Shown here: positions 53,051 through 62,785 of the stretch, piece by piece
Numbering within the stretch: the stretch's first letter is position 1
How the letters are laid out: every line of letters starts with the position of its first letter
DNA from: Escherichia phage FV3
DNA: 64,000 nucleotides
Strand: one strand, 5' to 3'
Sequence record: NC_019517.1
The notes under the pieces: model-generated
The model's input: only the letters and a program-made list of their open reading frames with translations
The model's database searches: none
Told to the model about the DNA's origin: nothing
Program-made: the position numbers and the translations under genes

Positions 53051-55474
53051 ATGGTAATAAATAATACGACGAACACCTTCATCGTACCACCCACGCTTCA
53101 CCATTTGGTGGTGCATGAGTATCCCAACTAAATCACACAACGATGCACCGCCATTTTGTTGGTATGCATTAAGTAAAGAGTGTTTAGATCGGGTCCAGAT
53201 GGCATGACCATCAAAAGAGTAGATAAACTTCTTACCAGTTGCTTCCCAGAATTTCTCCAGATCCTCTTTACGCCCCTTAAGACCGGGGTTGGCATCCCAA
53301 AGCGCATCGATTACCCTTTGCCCCAACTCTGGAGAGATATCCAGCATGTCTGCAACTTTATCTTTTTGTGCCCCGTACATAACCCCATACGTGATAGGTT
53401 TACCGTCGTTACGAGACACCTCTCTGCCTGCTACTTTTGTATATGCCTCAGCATTGTTTTGGTGTGCGTCCCCGTTACTTACAACATCATAATACAGGCC
53501 GTTGTCAAACTCAAAGGCACCCCAAGCCCCGATAAGCTGCTCTAAGTTAGACCCGTCAATACCGATCTCAAAGTATCCTGGAGGAACACCCCACAGACTA
53601 CGCATCTCTTTACCCATAACCACTTTAGGAGATGGTTTAGGCATGTTTGCACAAATACTGTGTTTCTGTCTGGAAGTGTTTGTTAATCCAGAACTTTTAG
53701 CAGGAAGCTTATGGTCAATCTTCAAACGTGGGTGATTAAGAAGACCAGTATCAACCTTATCCTCCTTGATTGGATCAAGTACCGATCTACGGTTTCGCAA
53801 TGATAACCACAAAACGATATCTTTAGCCATCTCTCCGTTCAATTTTTCAAGATTAGGGCATAGGTGCCCAAACGTGTCTTTCAGTTGTGGAGAGGTAATA
53901 AGTGCTCTGGCCTTTCTACGTATCTTCCCAAACACTTCCTTTTTAACCCTTTCTGAGTTAGGGAAGCTTCGGAACTTATGCACAGTTGTCTGAAACTTGG
54001 CATCAGTTTTGTTCCAGAAGTTGATAATTAGGTCACAATACTCTGACTCCAAAAGCTCGTCCATATATGCATATACTCGTGCATCAACATCTGCATCAGG
54101 TAAAGCTTTCTTCTTGCTGTCTTTAGTTACATCCTTAGTTCTCCACATTGTTGGGAGCCAACCAGCACTGATCAGGTATCTCTTAATATCGTCCTGGTTG
54201 CTGATCTTCATAGGTATCTTGCAGTCAGGCATCCGCTTCTGCTGTAGATCACTTATTGCCTGGTCCATTAGCTCTTTAGGTAAAGGATGTGGTGTAGAGG
54301 TCCCTTTAATATACCCCCTTAAGAAATCAGCCATCTTATCGGGATCTTTGCAGCCCATCTCTTCACACCATTTTATCCCCATTTTGCTGACATCCCCTGT
54401 GGAGGTAAATGCTCGCTTAGGAGGAGCTTTGAACTCTAAAGCGCTCATGTCCACAGGATAGCCAAGCTTGTCTTTTAACCATTTCCAACCATTATTGGAG
54501 ATTGTCCCATCCTGGTTAAACGGCTTTTCAGGGAACTTAGGCCGCTGAGACATTGATAACTCTTTTAAAGGAAGTTGTGGTTCAACACGATCAGCGATCT
54601 CTTTCATCCACGCATCGCAGCGGTCACGTAAAGCAATAGCCCCATCTATGTCGAAATACACACCCTGTCGAGCCTGCAGCTCCATCAGGAAATGCTGCAG
54701 CATGCCTCGGCGTAATGCATTCTTCCAGGTAATCTTCTTGAATCCTTTAGGCTTCTCTTTGGCAGGGTCATACATAAAGTTCTGCATGTCAGATTTGCCG
54801 TAGAATACACCTTTTGATTCCGCTACCAACTCTTTCCAGAGCAACTCCTGGATGATAACGTCCTCGAACACACGATCCACATATTTCCACAGCGGAAGCT
54901 CACGCCAGTCATCGATTTGAACTTTCTGGTTACCAAGGGCGTAGCCCCATGCCATAAGGCCATGAGGCCCAACAGGCTGCATTTTCTTGGTAACTGGATT
55001 AAATACTGCGTCCGGACAACCTTTTGGCAAAGGTCGGTCAGGCCACAAGATTCGACTCATAGCCAACGTATCAAACAGATTAACCTGGTGGTCGTTGATA
55101 GTTCCCATACATTTAGGGTCACGGAACATATCAAAATGAACACCGGATAATCTTTCCATCAGCATAAAGTCATAGCTGTAGCAGTTATGGCAGTTCAAAG
55201 CTGTAGGTGACCAGTCTGAGTTACCTGTAAGCCAACCTTCCAACTCTGAAAAATCTGCTATGCGAACATCAAAATCTGTATAAAGGGTCTTCTTTGCCAG
55301 GATGAAGTTCTTAGCCTTCTCTACATCCTCTTCAGAGTAGTGTGTGCGGTCATTTAGAGGAAGGAACAGCATAAAACGGTTCTTATTCAACTCTTTAAAC
55401 AAACCGCAGTGATAATAAAGATCTGGGTCTTCCAGCAAGCCAGAGGCCTCAAAATCGAACGACCACATGCTCAT
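53051..55474 (-). CDS. DNA polymerase (family A), exon 1 (3'-5' exonuclease and polymerase motifs A/B)
   Basis: Exo I FDFEASG; motif A GIDGSNLEQL; motif B RNDGKPITYGVMYG; FDGHAIWTRSKHSLLNAYQQNGGASLCDL parallels T7 gp5; frame stops one codon after H of the HDE motif. Confidence 0.85.
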
Positions 55475-55532
55475 ATACAGTTCTCCTTAAAGGGGAGGCG
55501 GTTGTACTACCCCTCCCACTCTTGGTTAAACA

Positions 55533-57596
55533 TTAAAAAGGTGTTTCGTCGTCTTCAAAACCGGGGACGTGGTTAGAGGACGGATCATCATACTGAGGAT
55601 CTTCCTGCGTGTCAACTGGGGTAACAGTAGGAGTTACAACCTTATCAGCCACAACCTTACCCATGGGGGTTTCCACAACTGCATGATCCTGATCCTCAAA
55701 CATAGCCTGAGGTCTCCAAACAACCTCCCCACCTTCTCCGTCTGTAAACATCTGCATTTCTTTATCCCAATACCAATTGCTGGCATCGTGGAACTTGCCT
55801 GTGTGAGGATCCATAACCAAAGTGTCCGCAATACCTAACGTTTTTGCTGGGCGGTTTTTAAGACCTACTAGACGGACACGTCCACGGGAACGATCCACCA
55901 TCTCTTCTGCCTCTACCCCAACAACTACCCAGCTAAGTTGCTCCAATCCGGCGCTACCACGAAGGTTCTCTTTTCGTACAGGATACCAGAAAGGCAACGG
56001 ATTCCCATCCTTATCCTTAGGAGGTATAATCTCTGTGCGCTTCAGGTGAGCAATAACCAAGATAAACACATTAAACTGCTTACAGAACGCAGCTAGTTGA
56101 GTCATAGCCATGTCAAGTTCTTTGCGCTCATCCTTAACATTAAGCCCTGAAATCACCATGGACAGGTGATCCAGCACAATGTAACGGCAGTGATACAGGC
56201 ACACCATTTGTTTAAGCTTAGTGATCAGCTCATCCACAGGGATGGAGCCGAAATGCTTGAACACTTTGATTTTTCCGGCCTTGGCCCAAGATTGATGAAT
56301 CTCAGCGTGCTCCTGGTCGGTCAGGAACTGACTGGGGTCTTCAACAAACTCTTTAACATCAAACCCCAACTGGTTAGCGTATAGAGAGTTGATTGCTTCC
56401 TCCGGATCCTCTTCAAGGTGAATCAGGCACAGGCGATCATCCTCTTCATAATCATCAGCTTTAGGGCATGTTGGATCCATCAAGTATCTTGCAATGCAGT
56501 GCTCCAGCTTCTTGGCTACAGTTGTTTTACCACCGCCAGATGGGCCTGTCAGCATCATCAAGGTGCCTTTGTGGAGTCCTTTCAGCATCTTCTGCAGTTT
56601 AGGGAACTCTGCGCTGATATCTACGCCATTGGAAGTCTTCTTACGAAGGGATTCAATAGAGAAGTCTTCTAAATCAGATACAGCATCAGGCACATATTTG
56701 ACTGGGTGACGGAACATGTTGACAATATCTTCCAGCTTTTTAGCCTTCAGCATGTCACGGATATCTTTTACACCATCAGGGTCGTTTACCTCACCTGGGT
56801 ATTCCACGTGGTAAACGTTATCAGCCATCAAAAATGCTGCGATATTATGTGTGGCTTCAACACCTTTGATAACGTGTTTTTGCTTCTCTATCTCGTTAGC
56901 TGCATCGTTGTCCATTGCAAGGACTACTGTTCCATAGCTACGGATAAATTTCTCATTGTTCGCAAAAGTGTCTACGGCGTTTGCACACCCGCAGTTAATT
57001 CCAACAAAAGGTAGGCAGGGTTTTCCTGCCAGATCGCCGCCGTTGATAACTGCATCGATCCCATCCTGAACTTCTTTAGCCCACTGCTTCACCTTTGCGG
57101 GGGCTTTAGCATTGGTGAGAATACTTTTTACTTGTATCTGATATGCAGCCTGCCATGCTGCAATAACATCTCCTTCCCCCTCACAAACGTTAATCTGCTT
57201 GCGGTTGTTGGAAGATGCACACAGCTTTTGACCAAACATCTGGGAGTTGGCCTTTACTATGCCAACAACCGAGAAATGGCCCCTTTGCTCTTTAGGGATT
57301 GTCCAGTCACGCTTTTTAAAGCCAGATAGATTACCGTAGCGGTCATAATACGGGAAGTAGGTGGCAGTAACAGTTACACCATCCTCTTGAGATAGCGATG
57401 ATCGTACACCAAAATATTGTGCAGCCATCAGTCCAATATTTTGTTGTGGAACAGGGACAATTTTAGTATTTTCTAAAACAGTCTCTACAGTTTCAACTTC
57501 TTTTTCATCACGATAGTCTCGTTTCACACTTCCCCCACTTTTATATTTGGTTGCTTTCGGGTTTGGCTCACCGAAACGGTTGTATGCAGATGCCAT
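55533..57596 (-). CDS. primase-helicase (T7 gp4-like)
   Basis: TOPRIM-like CEGEGDVIAAW; Walker A MMLTGPSGGGKTT; DnaB-family helicase region; acidic C-terminus ending DDETPF; ATG at 57596. Confidence 0.8.
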   Translation of the reverse strand: MASAYNRFGEPNPKATKYKSGGSVKRDYRDEKEVETVETVLENTKIVPVPQQNIGLMAAQYFGVRSSLSQEDGVTVTATYFPYYDRYGNLSGFKKRDWTIPKEQRGHFSVVGIVKANSQMFGQKLCASSNNRKQINVCEGEGDVIAAWQAAYQIQVKSILTNAKAPAKVKQWAKEVQDGIDAVINGGDLAGKPCLPFVGINCGCANAVDTFANNEKFIRSYGTVVLAMDNDAANEIEKQKHVIKGVEATHNIAAFLMADNVYHVEYPGEVNDPDGVKDIRDMLKAKKLEDIVNMFRHPVKYVPDAVSDLEDFSIESLRKKTSNGVDISAEFPKLQKMLKGLHKGTLMMLTGPSGGGKTTVAKKLEHCIARYLMDPTCPKADDYEEDDRLCLIHLEEDPEEAINSLYANQLGFDVKEFVEDPSQFLTDQEHAEIHQSWAKAGKIKVFKHFGSIPVDELITKLKQMVCLYHCRYIVLDHLSMVISGLNVKDERKELDMAMTQLAAFCKQFNVFILVIAHLKRTEIIPPKDKDGNPLPFWYPVRKENLRGSAGLEQLSWVVVGVEAEEMVDRSRGRVRLVGLKNRPAKTLGIADTLVMDPHTGKFHDASNWYWDKEMQMFTDGEGGEVVWRPQAMFEDQDHAVVETPMGKVVADKVVTPTVTPVDTQEDPQYDDPSSNHVPGFEDDETPF

Positions 57597-57600
57597 GAAT

Positions 57601-58362
57601 TTACTGCCCATTAATTCTGCTCCTTACTGCAGGCTCGTTTGCTAAGAATACAGCTTTAGCCCAGCCACGTGGTGTAAGGCTTCGAATCATCTTCGTCCTT
57701 GCACTCTTTCCACCTAGCTTAGCGTGTTGCATAGAATAACCACTGACCGCATCCACTATTTGCGGGACAGGTTTTGTGGCTGGGATTATAAAGCCATTGC
57801 CTATCCAACCGCAAGTTATTTTTGGGTAGGCATCACGTGGAGCTATAAATTCAGGAAACCACGGGTTTACATCATCTTCTGGTAAATAACCGCCATAATC
57901 CGAAGGATGAAAACGATAATCAGGTTTACGCCACAGCGTTGACATAACCCCTACAGGGTTCTCTACATGCCACGGGCAATCATAAATCTCTCCCAACTCT
58001 TCTGCAACCCGAGCATCTTTTACAGCATTAATTTGGATCAGAGGGTCTTTAGCCAGCTTTTTCTTAAAATGTGCAGCACCTGATACCGCCAAATGCGTGC
58101 ACGGAGGAAACGCAAGAATAAAGTCTGGAGCAGGATACATGCAAAAAGTTTCCTGAGGGAACCACGGATCAATCCAATAATCCACATAGTGAATATTGGG
58201 GTGATCGGTTATCACCTCCGCATAACTGCCGTGGTCAGCACCTTCTGCATTAAAGCACAGGCACAGATACCCAGCTTTTGCCCAGTCAATGACTGCACCA
58301 CCAGACCCATCAAATAGACTCCACACAACACCTTTGTGGTGGTGTTCTTTGTAGATAAATTT
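57601..58362 (-). CDS. minimal C5-cytosine methyltransferase-like protein (no obvious target-recognition domain)
   Basis: Motif I-like LFDGSGG, motif IV-like FPPCTHLAVSGA (PC), motif VI-like WHVENPVG; ~254 aa; TTG start at 58362 after AGGAGA RBS. Confidence 0.45.
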   Translation of the reverse strand, partial: KFIYKEHHHKGVVWSLFDGSGGAVIDWAKAGYLCLCFNAEGADHGSYAEVITDHPNIHYVDYWIDPWFPQETFCMYPAPDFILAFPPCTHLAVSGAAHFKKKLAKDPLIQINAVKDARVAEELGEIYDCPWHVENPVGVMSTLWRKPDYRFHPSDYGGYLPEDDVNPWFPEFIAPRDAYPKITCGWIGNGFIIPATKPVPQIVDAVSGYSMQHAKLGGKSARTKMIRSLTPRGWAKAVFLANEPAVRSRINGQ

Positions 58363-58382
58363 CAATTTGCTGTCTCCTAATG

Positions 58383-58410
58383 CAAAAAGCCCCACCCTTT
58401 CGGGCAGGGC
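58383..58410 (-). terminator. intrinsic terminator (repeat of 47383-47411)
   Basis: Same GCCCTGCCC-GAAA-GGGTGGGGC hairpin plus U-run, after stop of 58417..58899. Confidence 0.5.
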
Positions 58411-58416
58411 CTAGTG

Positions 58417-58899
58417 TTAAACCCGGATACCTATTGTATACTCAGTAGATACCAATGTCAAATCTAAATTTAAAATTTCTTGCATCTCATAGTATGCGTC
58501 CAGGGTGAGATACATTTCCCCATCCTTTTCCACATACTTGTCAAGGTGTTTGAGGCACTTTGGATAACTATCAAGAGCCGCCTTTAAGCACTCAAACTCT
58601 GTGCTGTTGATAAATCCTTCCATCTTGGCTACCCGTTCTGGGGTAACGATAGCACTGTAGTGAGATTTAGCTTCCTGAATGCAATGGGTCCAAGCATCGA
58701 CTTTCTCTTCGAAAAGTCCGAAGAACTTCTTCTTGGTGAGCTTCAGATTCTTTAAGTGCTTAAGCACTCGGTTGCCGATCACAGACACATCACGAAACTT
58801 AAGGATCACTTTGTCAATATCCTCGCGGCCTATTTTCACAAAGCAAGCCTCACACATTTCAGGAGAGGCATAGCCTACCTTCCACATAAAATCTGACAT
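58417..58899 (-). CDS. hypothetical protein
   Basis: 160-aa ORF. Confidence 0.5.
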   Translation of the reverse strand: MSDFMWKVGYASPEMCEACFVKIGREDIDKVILKFRDVSVIGNRVLKHLKNLKLTKKKFFGLFEEKVDAWTHCIQEAKSHYSAIVTPERVAKMEGFINSTEFECLKAALDSYPKCLKHLDKYVEKDGEMYLTLDAYYEMQEILNLDLTLVSTEYTIGIRV

Positions 58900-58911
58900 A
58901 ACACTCTCCCC

Positions 58912-59310
58912 TTATTCCTGAAAAGCAACGATATCATATGAACTTGCAGACGAGCCTGGTGAAGAGTGACTCCAGTCTAGGTCATCAGAGTAGTCGGCAT
59001 ACTGTGCACCACTCCTCAGTTTGTATTTTACCCACTTACCTGGCGCAGGGTTTTCACCACCTTCCCATGCTTCCCAGCCTTCTGGCAAACCGTTGTCTTG
59101 AGAGTAGTCGTCCACCTCACTAATAATCTTAGGGTTTGGCACCAAGATTCCTGCTGGTTCTTCCTTCTTAGCAAGTGTCCACACAATGTATGTGTCTGAA
59201 CAGGAACATGTCAGTAAAGTATACCCACTGTTCAGAACTTCTGCAAGCTCTTTTTCAGCATCTTCCAATTTGGTTAAGTGGTATTGGATAATCTTCACAT
59301 CTGTAATCAT
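58912..59310 (-). CDS. hypothetical protein
   Basis: 132-aa ORF. Confidence 0.5.
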   Translation of the reverse strand: MITDVKIIQYHLTKLEDAEKELAEVLNSGYTLLTCSCSDTYIVWTLAKKEEPAGILVPNPKIISEVDDYSQDNGLPEGWEAWEGGENPAPGKWVKYKLRSGAQYADYSDDLDWSHSSPGSSASSYDIVAFQE

Positions 59311-59612
59311 TAGAAGCCCCCTACTTCTTCAGCAAATGCTGCTGCTGTTGTCGCTGCATCCAGATATGATTCTAATTCACGGGCTGCACGTTTGTAAATC
59401 GAGTGTCGCAGATTGTTTGGTAGTTGATGAAAGTCCACCTCTTCTCCGTTGTGGTAGACATGTAAATCGGTAATTTGTCTAAATCCATAATAATCAACAT
59501 CAGAATCACGGCACTCCGGATCTGGCAACTGGACAACTGCCTGAGCCTCTACAGTGAGCATATCGTCAAGTTCGAAATCGATTTCAAAAGTGTATGGTTT
59601 ATAACGCTTCAT
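59310..59612 (-). CDS. hypothetical protein
   Basis: 100-aa ORF. Confidence 0.5.
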   Translation of the reverse strand: MKRYKPYTFEIDFELDDMLTVEAQAVVQLPDPECRDSDVDYYGFRQITDLHVYHNGEEVDFHQLPNNLRHSIYKRAARELESYLDAATTAAAFAEEVGGF

Positions 59613-59671
59613 TATTCGGTGTTCTCCTTATCTTGTGTGGAGAGTAGACCTCCCCTTCAATGTTTTAAATA

Positions 59672-61015
59672 TTACTCTAAATCTTCTTCTGAGTCAAACT
59701 TATCTTTCACAACCAAGTTCGGGGCAAGTTTATAATAGCGAAAGCCCCCGCCACCGTGCCAGTTTACAGATTTAGAAATACCACTTTGATCTTCGCCATC
59801 GATCACTTTTTGCAAGCGCGGGATGATATGGGTATGACAATGATCACCTAGCTCGACCGAAATCCAACGTCTTTTCATCTTGTGAGCTACAGCAGCAGTA
59901 GTTCCTGAACCGCCGAACGAATCCAAGACTAAATCCCCTTCTCGCGTACACATTTCGAAAATCCGCTTTAAAAGCGCTTCGGGTTTTTTCCCATTTTTGA
60001 AACTAACGCCTCCTTCATTTGCTATTCCATTCCAACTAATGTCAGTCCAAACATCAGTTATTAGTTCAGCAGGCTGCATCTCACCGTCAATTTCCAAAAG
60101 CCTATTAGAGTAAAATACCATTTGCCTGCCATTTACAATATAAAAGCCTTCGACATCCTCATTTGGATGTACATAAACCTTATCCCTATCTTTCTTTGAC
60201 TTCTCGATAGTTTCTTTTCTCTTTATCTTAGCACCACCGCCAATTGCAACGGATTGAAATACACGTTCTGCATTATCAATTGCAAATTGTGCTAATTCAT
60301 CATCAAATGTATCAGGCAGTTTTTTCTTGGCCTCTTTTGTATCTTTATAGCCATTGGCCTTTGCAAACGCATCGGCAATACCGCACCACGTCCAACTTTT
60401 ATAATGGTCATCCGGGTTTAATAGATATTTGTTATATCCCGTATCATATCCTTTAGGTATATAGATTTTGTTAAGCGGCTTCTTGGTACGATCTTTTGCA
60501 TATACAAGCAAAAAGTTTGCTGTGGAGAAAACTGTAGTTCCTGTTGCCTTAAAGCCCGAAGGACAGTTTGTGGTCATCGATATGGTATTTAACTGATTTG
60601 CACGACCAAAAATCTCGTCCATCAAAACTTTTAAATAAGCCATTTCGCAGTCATCTAAGTGAACAAATATTACTCCATCATCGCTTAGCAGATTACGAAT
60701 TATTTCTAACCTGTCCCGCATTAAGCCCAGCCAAATGGAGTGCTCCAGGCTATCATCGTAGTGCTCAAAATCCCTTCCGGTATTGAATGGCGGGTCTATG
60801 TAAACACACTTCACTTTGCCTGCATACTCTTGCTCTAGTGCCTTCAATGCCAGTAAGTTATCGCCAAAAATCAGTTTATTATCAAAAATATCGTTTTCGG
60901 TCACCTTTTTACTGGCGTGATAAGACTTGCTCGTGTCTTCTAACAAAATGCACGGATCTAACTTTTTTCGCTCGTTTTTGCCTGTCCAGGTAAGCTCTAA
61001 TTTGGTTTTGCTCAT
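59672..61015 (-). CDS. DNA methyltransferase, N6-adenine/N4-cytosine beta class (Type III Mod-like)
   Basis: LIFGDNLLALKAL, VKCVYIDPPFNTG (DPPF), C-terminal VLDSFGGSGTT (motif I); ATG at 61015 after GGGGAGAG RBS. Confidence 0.7.
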   Translation of the reverse strand: MSKTKLELTWTGKNERKKLDPCILLEDTSKSYHASKKVTENDIFDNKLIFGDNLLALKALEQEYAGKVKCVYIDPPFNTGRDFEHYDDSLEHSIWLGLMRDRLEIIRNLLSDDGVIFVHLDDCEMAYLKVLMDEIFGRANQLNTISMTTNCPSGFKATGTTVFSTANFLLVYAKDRTKKPLNKIYIPKGYDTGYNKYLLNPDDHYKSWTWCGIADAFAKANGYKDTKEAKKKLPDTFDDELAQFAIDNAERVFQSVAIGGGAKIKRKETIEKSKKDRDKVYVHPNEDVEGFYIVNGRQMVFYSNRLLEIDGEMQPAELITDVWTDISWNGIANEGGVSFKNGKKPEALLKRIFEMCTREGDLVLDSFGGSGTTAAVAHKMKRRWISVELGDHCHTHIIPRLQKVIDGEDQSGISKSVNWHGGGGFRYYKLAPNLVVKDKFDSEEDLE

Positions 61016-61079
61016 CGTTTGGTGCTCTCCCCAGTTTTGTGGGGAGGAGTTCCTCCCCTTTATACTCACGTCTTACTAA

Positions 61080-61418
61080 CTACTGAAGATCTTCAGAGTC
61101 AAGCTCAAAAAGAATCAAACTGTGCATGTTTGCAGAGAGCTCAACACACTCCGCAACGATAAGGGTCTGATAGTAAGGTTCAGCACCCTCGATGTCTTCG
61201 TTAAAATCCACAACAAGGTAGTCACCTTTGTTAAAGGTGTATTTGTCAGATGTAAACGCAAACCCTGCCCAGTCCCCTACAGGGTCTTTATCGATCACCT
61301 TTGTTAGCAGGAGGTCTTTTTCACGAGATCTTTTAGTAAAATCGTGAATCACAACAGCCTTCTCTTCAGGATTTGGATTGCCACACACGTAGTTAACTAT
61401 ATTTCTCCACAAACTCAT
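61080..61418 (-). CDS. hypothetical protein
   Basis: 112-aa ORF. Confidence 0.5.
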   Translation of the reverse strand: MSLWRNIVNYVCGNPNPEEKAVVIHDFTKRSREKDLLLTKVIDKDPVGDWAGFAFTSDKYTFNKGDYLVVDFNEDIEGAEPYYQTLIVAECVELSANMHSLILFELDSEDLQ

Positions 61419-62785
61419 ACGTCCCCCTTTTCCACTCTAGTTTCAAAATCTTTCCTGACTTTCTCGTCTAAGCCAGGGAAAGTTGTATTATAAAACTCTA
61501 CGACTCGCGGGTCAACAATAATATCCACCTCTCTTAATGGACGCAACAAGTTTATTCCTTGTATCGTCTTAACCCGACTCAAGGCAACATACGTCATTCC
61601 GGGAGAGAAAGCTCCGTTCTTTCCGAGGTCCAGGTTGTAACAATCTAGCGTAAGTCCTTGACTTTTATGCGATGTTACTGCGTACCCCGATTTCAAAGGG
61701 AGTTGCTCATAAGACCCGATCACAACCCTCTCTATGAACTTCTCCATCTTCCTTTCGGCAATATTGTACCTCTGGGAAGGTTTGTACTCGTTATTCTCCC
61801 ACAATCTCGGCTCAATTTCGACCTGTGTCCCGTCTTCTAGCTCAACTACCACGGATTTGGTCTTGAATTTTACCACTGTGGCACGTGTCCCGTTGACATA
61901 ATACGGAACTTTGTGAGTAGGGTCAACATCGTTTGAGGTTATCATAACCTTCATCCCTATCTTCAGCCTCATTTCCTGCTCCACAGGCAGTGTGGAAGGG
62001 AACTTGCCCTTCATTTTACCAATGTAGGTCTTCTCTGGGGCCTTGATGGCATCATAGAAACGTCTGTTCACCTCCTCTGCTTGCTTATTGGTGGCACAGA
62101 TGGTCAAGGCATCTGTTGGAACACCGCCATGATAGCAACGAGTGTTAAGCTCTGCTACAACCTCTTTTATGCGACGACCTTCACGAACACAGTTCAACAT
62201 TGTGGCGAAGCGAACAGATTCCTGACGGAACTGGTCTACTAAGGCTATATTGTGAAGATTAAGATCCTCCCAAGATTCTGTATAGCAACACAGATCTGTG
62301 TGGTAGAAGTTGAAGTAGGCTTCTTTCTCCATGGAAGAGACAACTGGAGGTGCTTGGTAGAAATCTCCAAACAATAATACCTGAATGCCTCCGAAAGGTT
62401 TGTCATTTTTCCGAAGAAAGCGGAGTTTTCTGTCCATCTCTATGAACTTGTCAGCACGGATCATGGAGATTTCATCGATAATTAGGATGGTAAATGCCTT
62501 GCTTTTCAGAGGCTTTGCTGTTTTTGCCCTTATTGCTGTCCAGTCTGACTCCATGCTCACACCTGCGGCAAGATCGAAAGTTCGGTGCGCTGTTGCTCCA
62601 TTAACGTTTAAAGCGGCTACCCCTGTCGGGGCAACCGTTATGCAAGAGTCTCCATACATGGACTGGATCATGTTGATAAGATATGTCTTCCCGGTTCCAC
62701 CCGGTCCACTTACGAAGACATTCTCACCACTCATAATTGCAACAAGGGCAGCATCTGTGCCTACATCGTACTGCCCTTTTTCCAT
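61415..62785 (-). CDS. Dda/RecD-like SF1 DNA helicase
   Basis: Walker A VSGPGGTGKT, Walker B IIDEISM, motif YAVTSHKSQGLTLD, C-terminal SH3-like region. Confidence 0.75.
   Translation of the reverse strand: MEKGQYDVGTDAALVAIMSGENVFVSGPGGTGKTYLINMIQSMYGDSCITVAPTGVAALNVNGATAHRTFDLAAGVSMESDWTAIRAKTAKPLKSKAFTILIIDEISMIRADKFIEMDRKLRFLRKNDKPFGGIQVLLFGDFYQAPPVVSSMEKEAYFNFYHTDLCCYTESWEDLNLHNIALVDQFRQESVRFATMLNCVREGRRIKEVVAELNTRCYHGGVPTDALTICATNKQAEEVNRRFYDAIKAPEKTYIGKMKGKFPSTLPVEQEMRLKIGMKVMITSNDVDPTHKVPYYVNGTRATVVKFKTKSVVVELEDGTQVEIEPRLWENNEYKPSQRYNIAERKMEKFIERVVIGSYEQLPLKSGYAVTSHKSQGLTLDCYNLDLGKNGAFSPGMTYVALSRVKTIQGINLLRPLREVDIIVDPRVVEFYNTTFPGLDEKVRKDFETRVEKGDV

Noticed and set aside
53180-54461. 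Plus-strand ORFs of 67-154 aa inside the DNA polymerase gene
   Set aside because: They are antisense to a strongly supported conserved CDS, lack RBSs and have low-complexity translations; treated as spurious. The same applies to antisense ORFs inside nrdA, thyX, primase-helicase, the methyltransferase and helicase genes.
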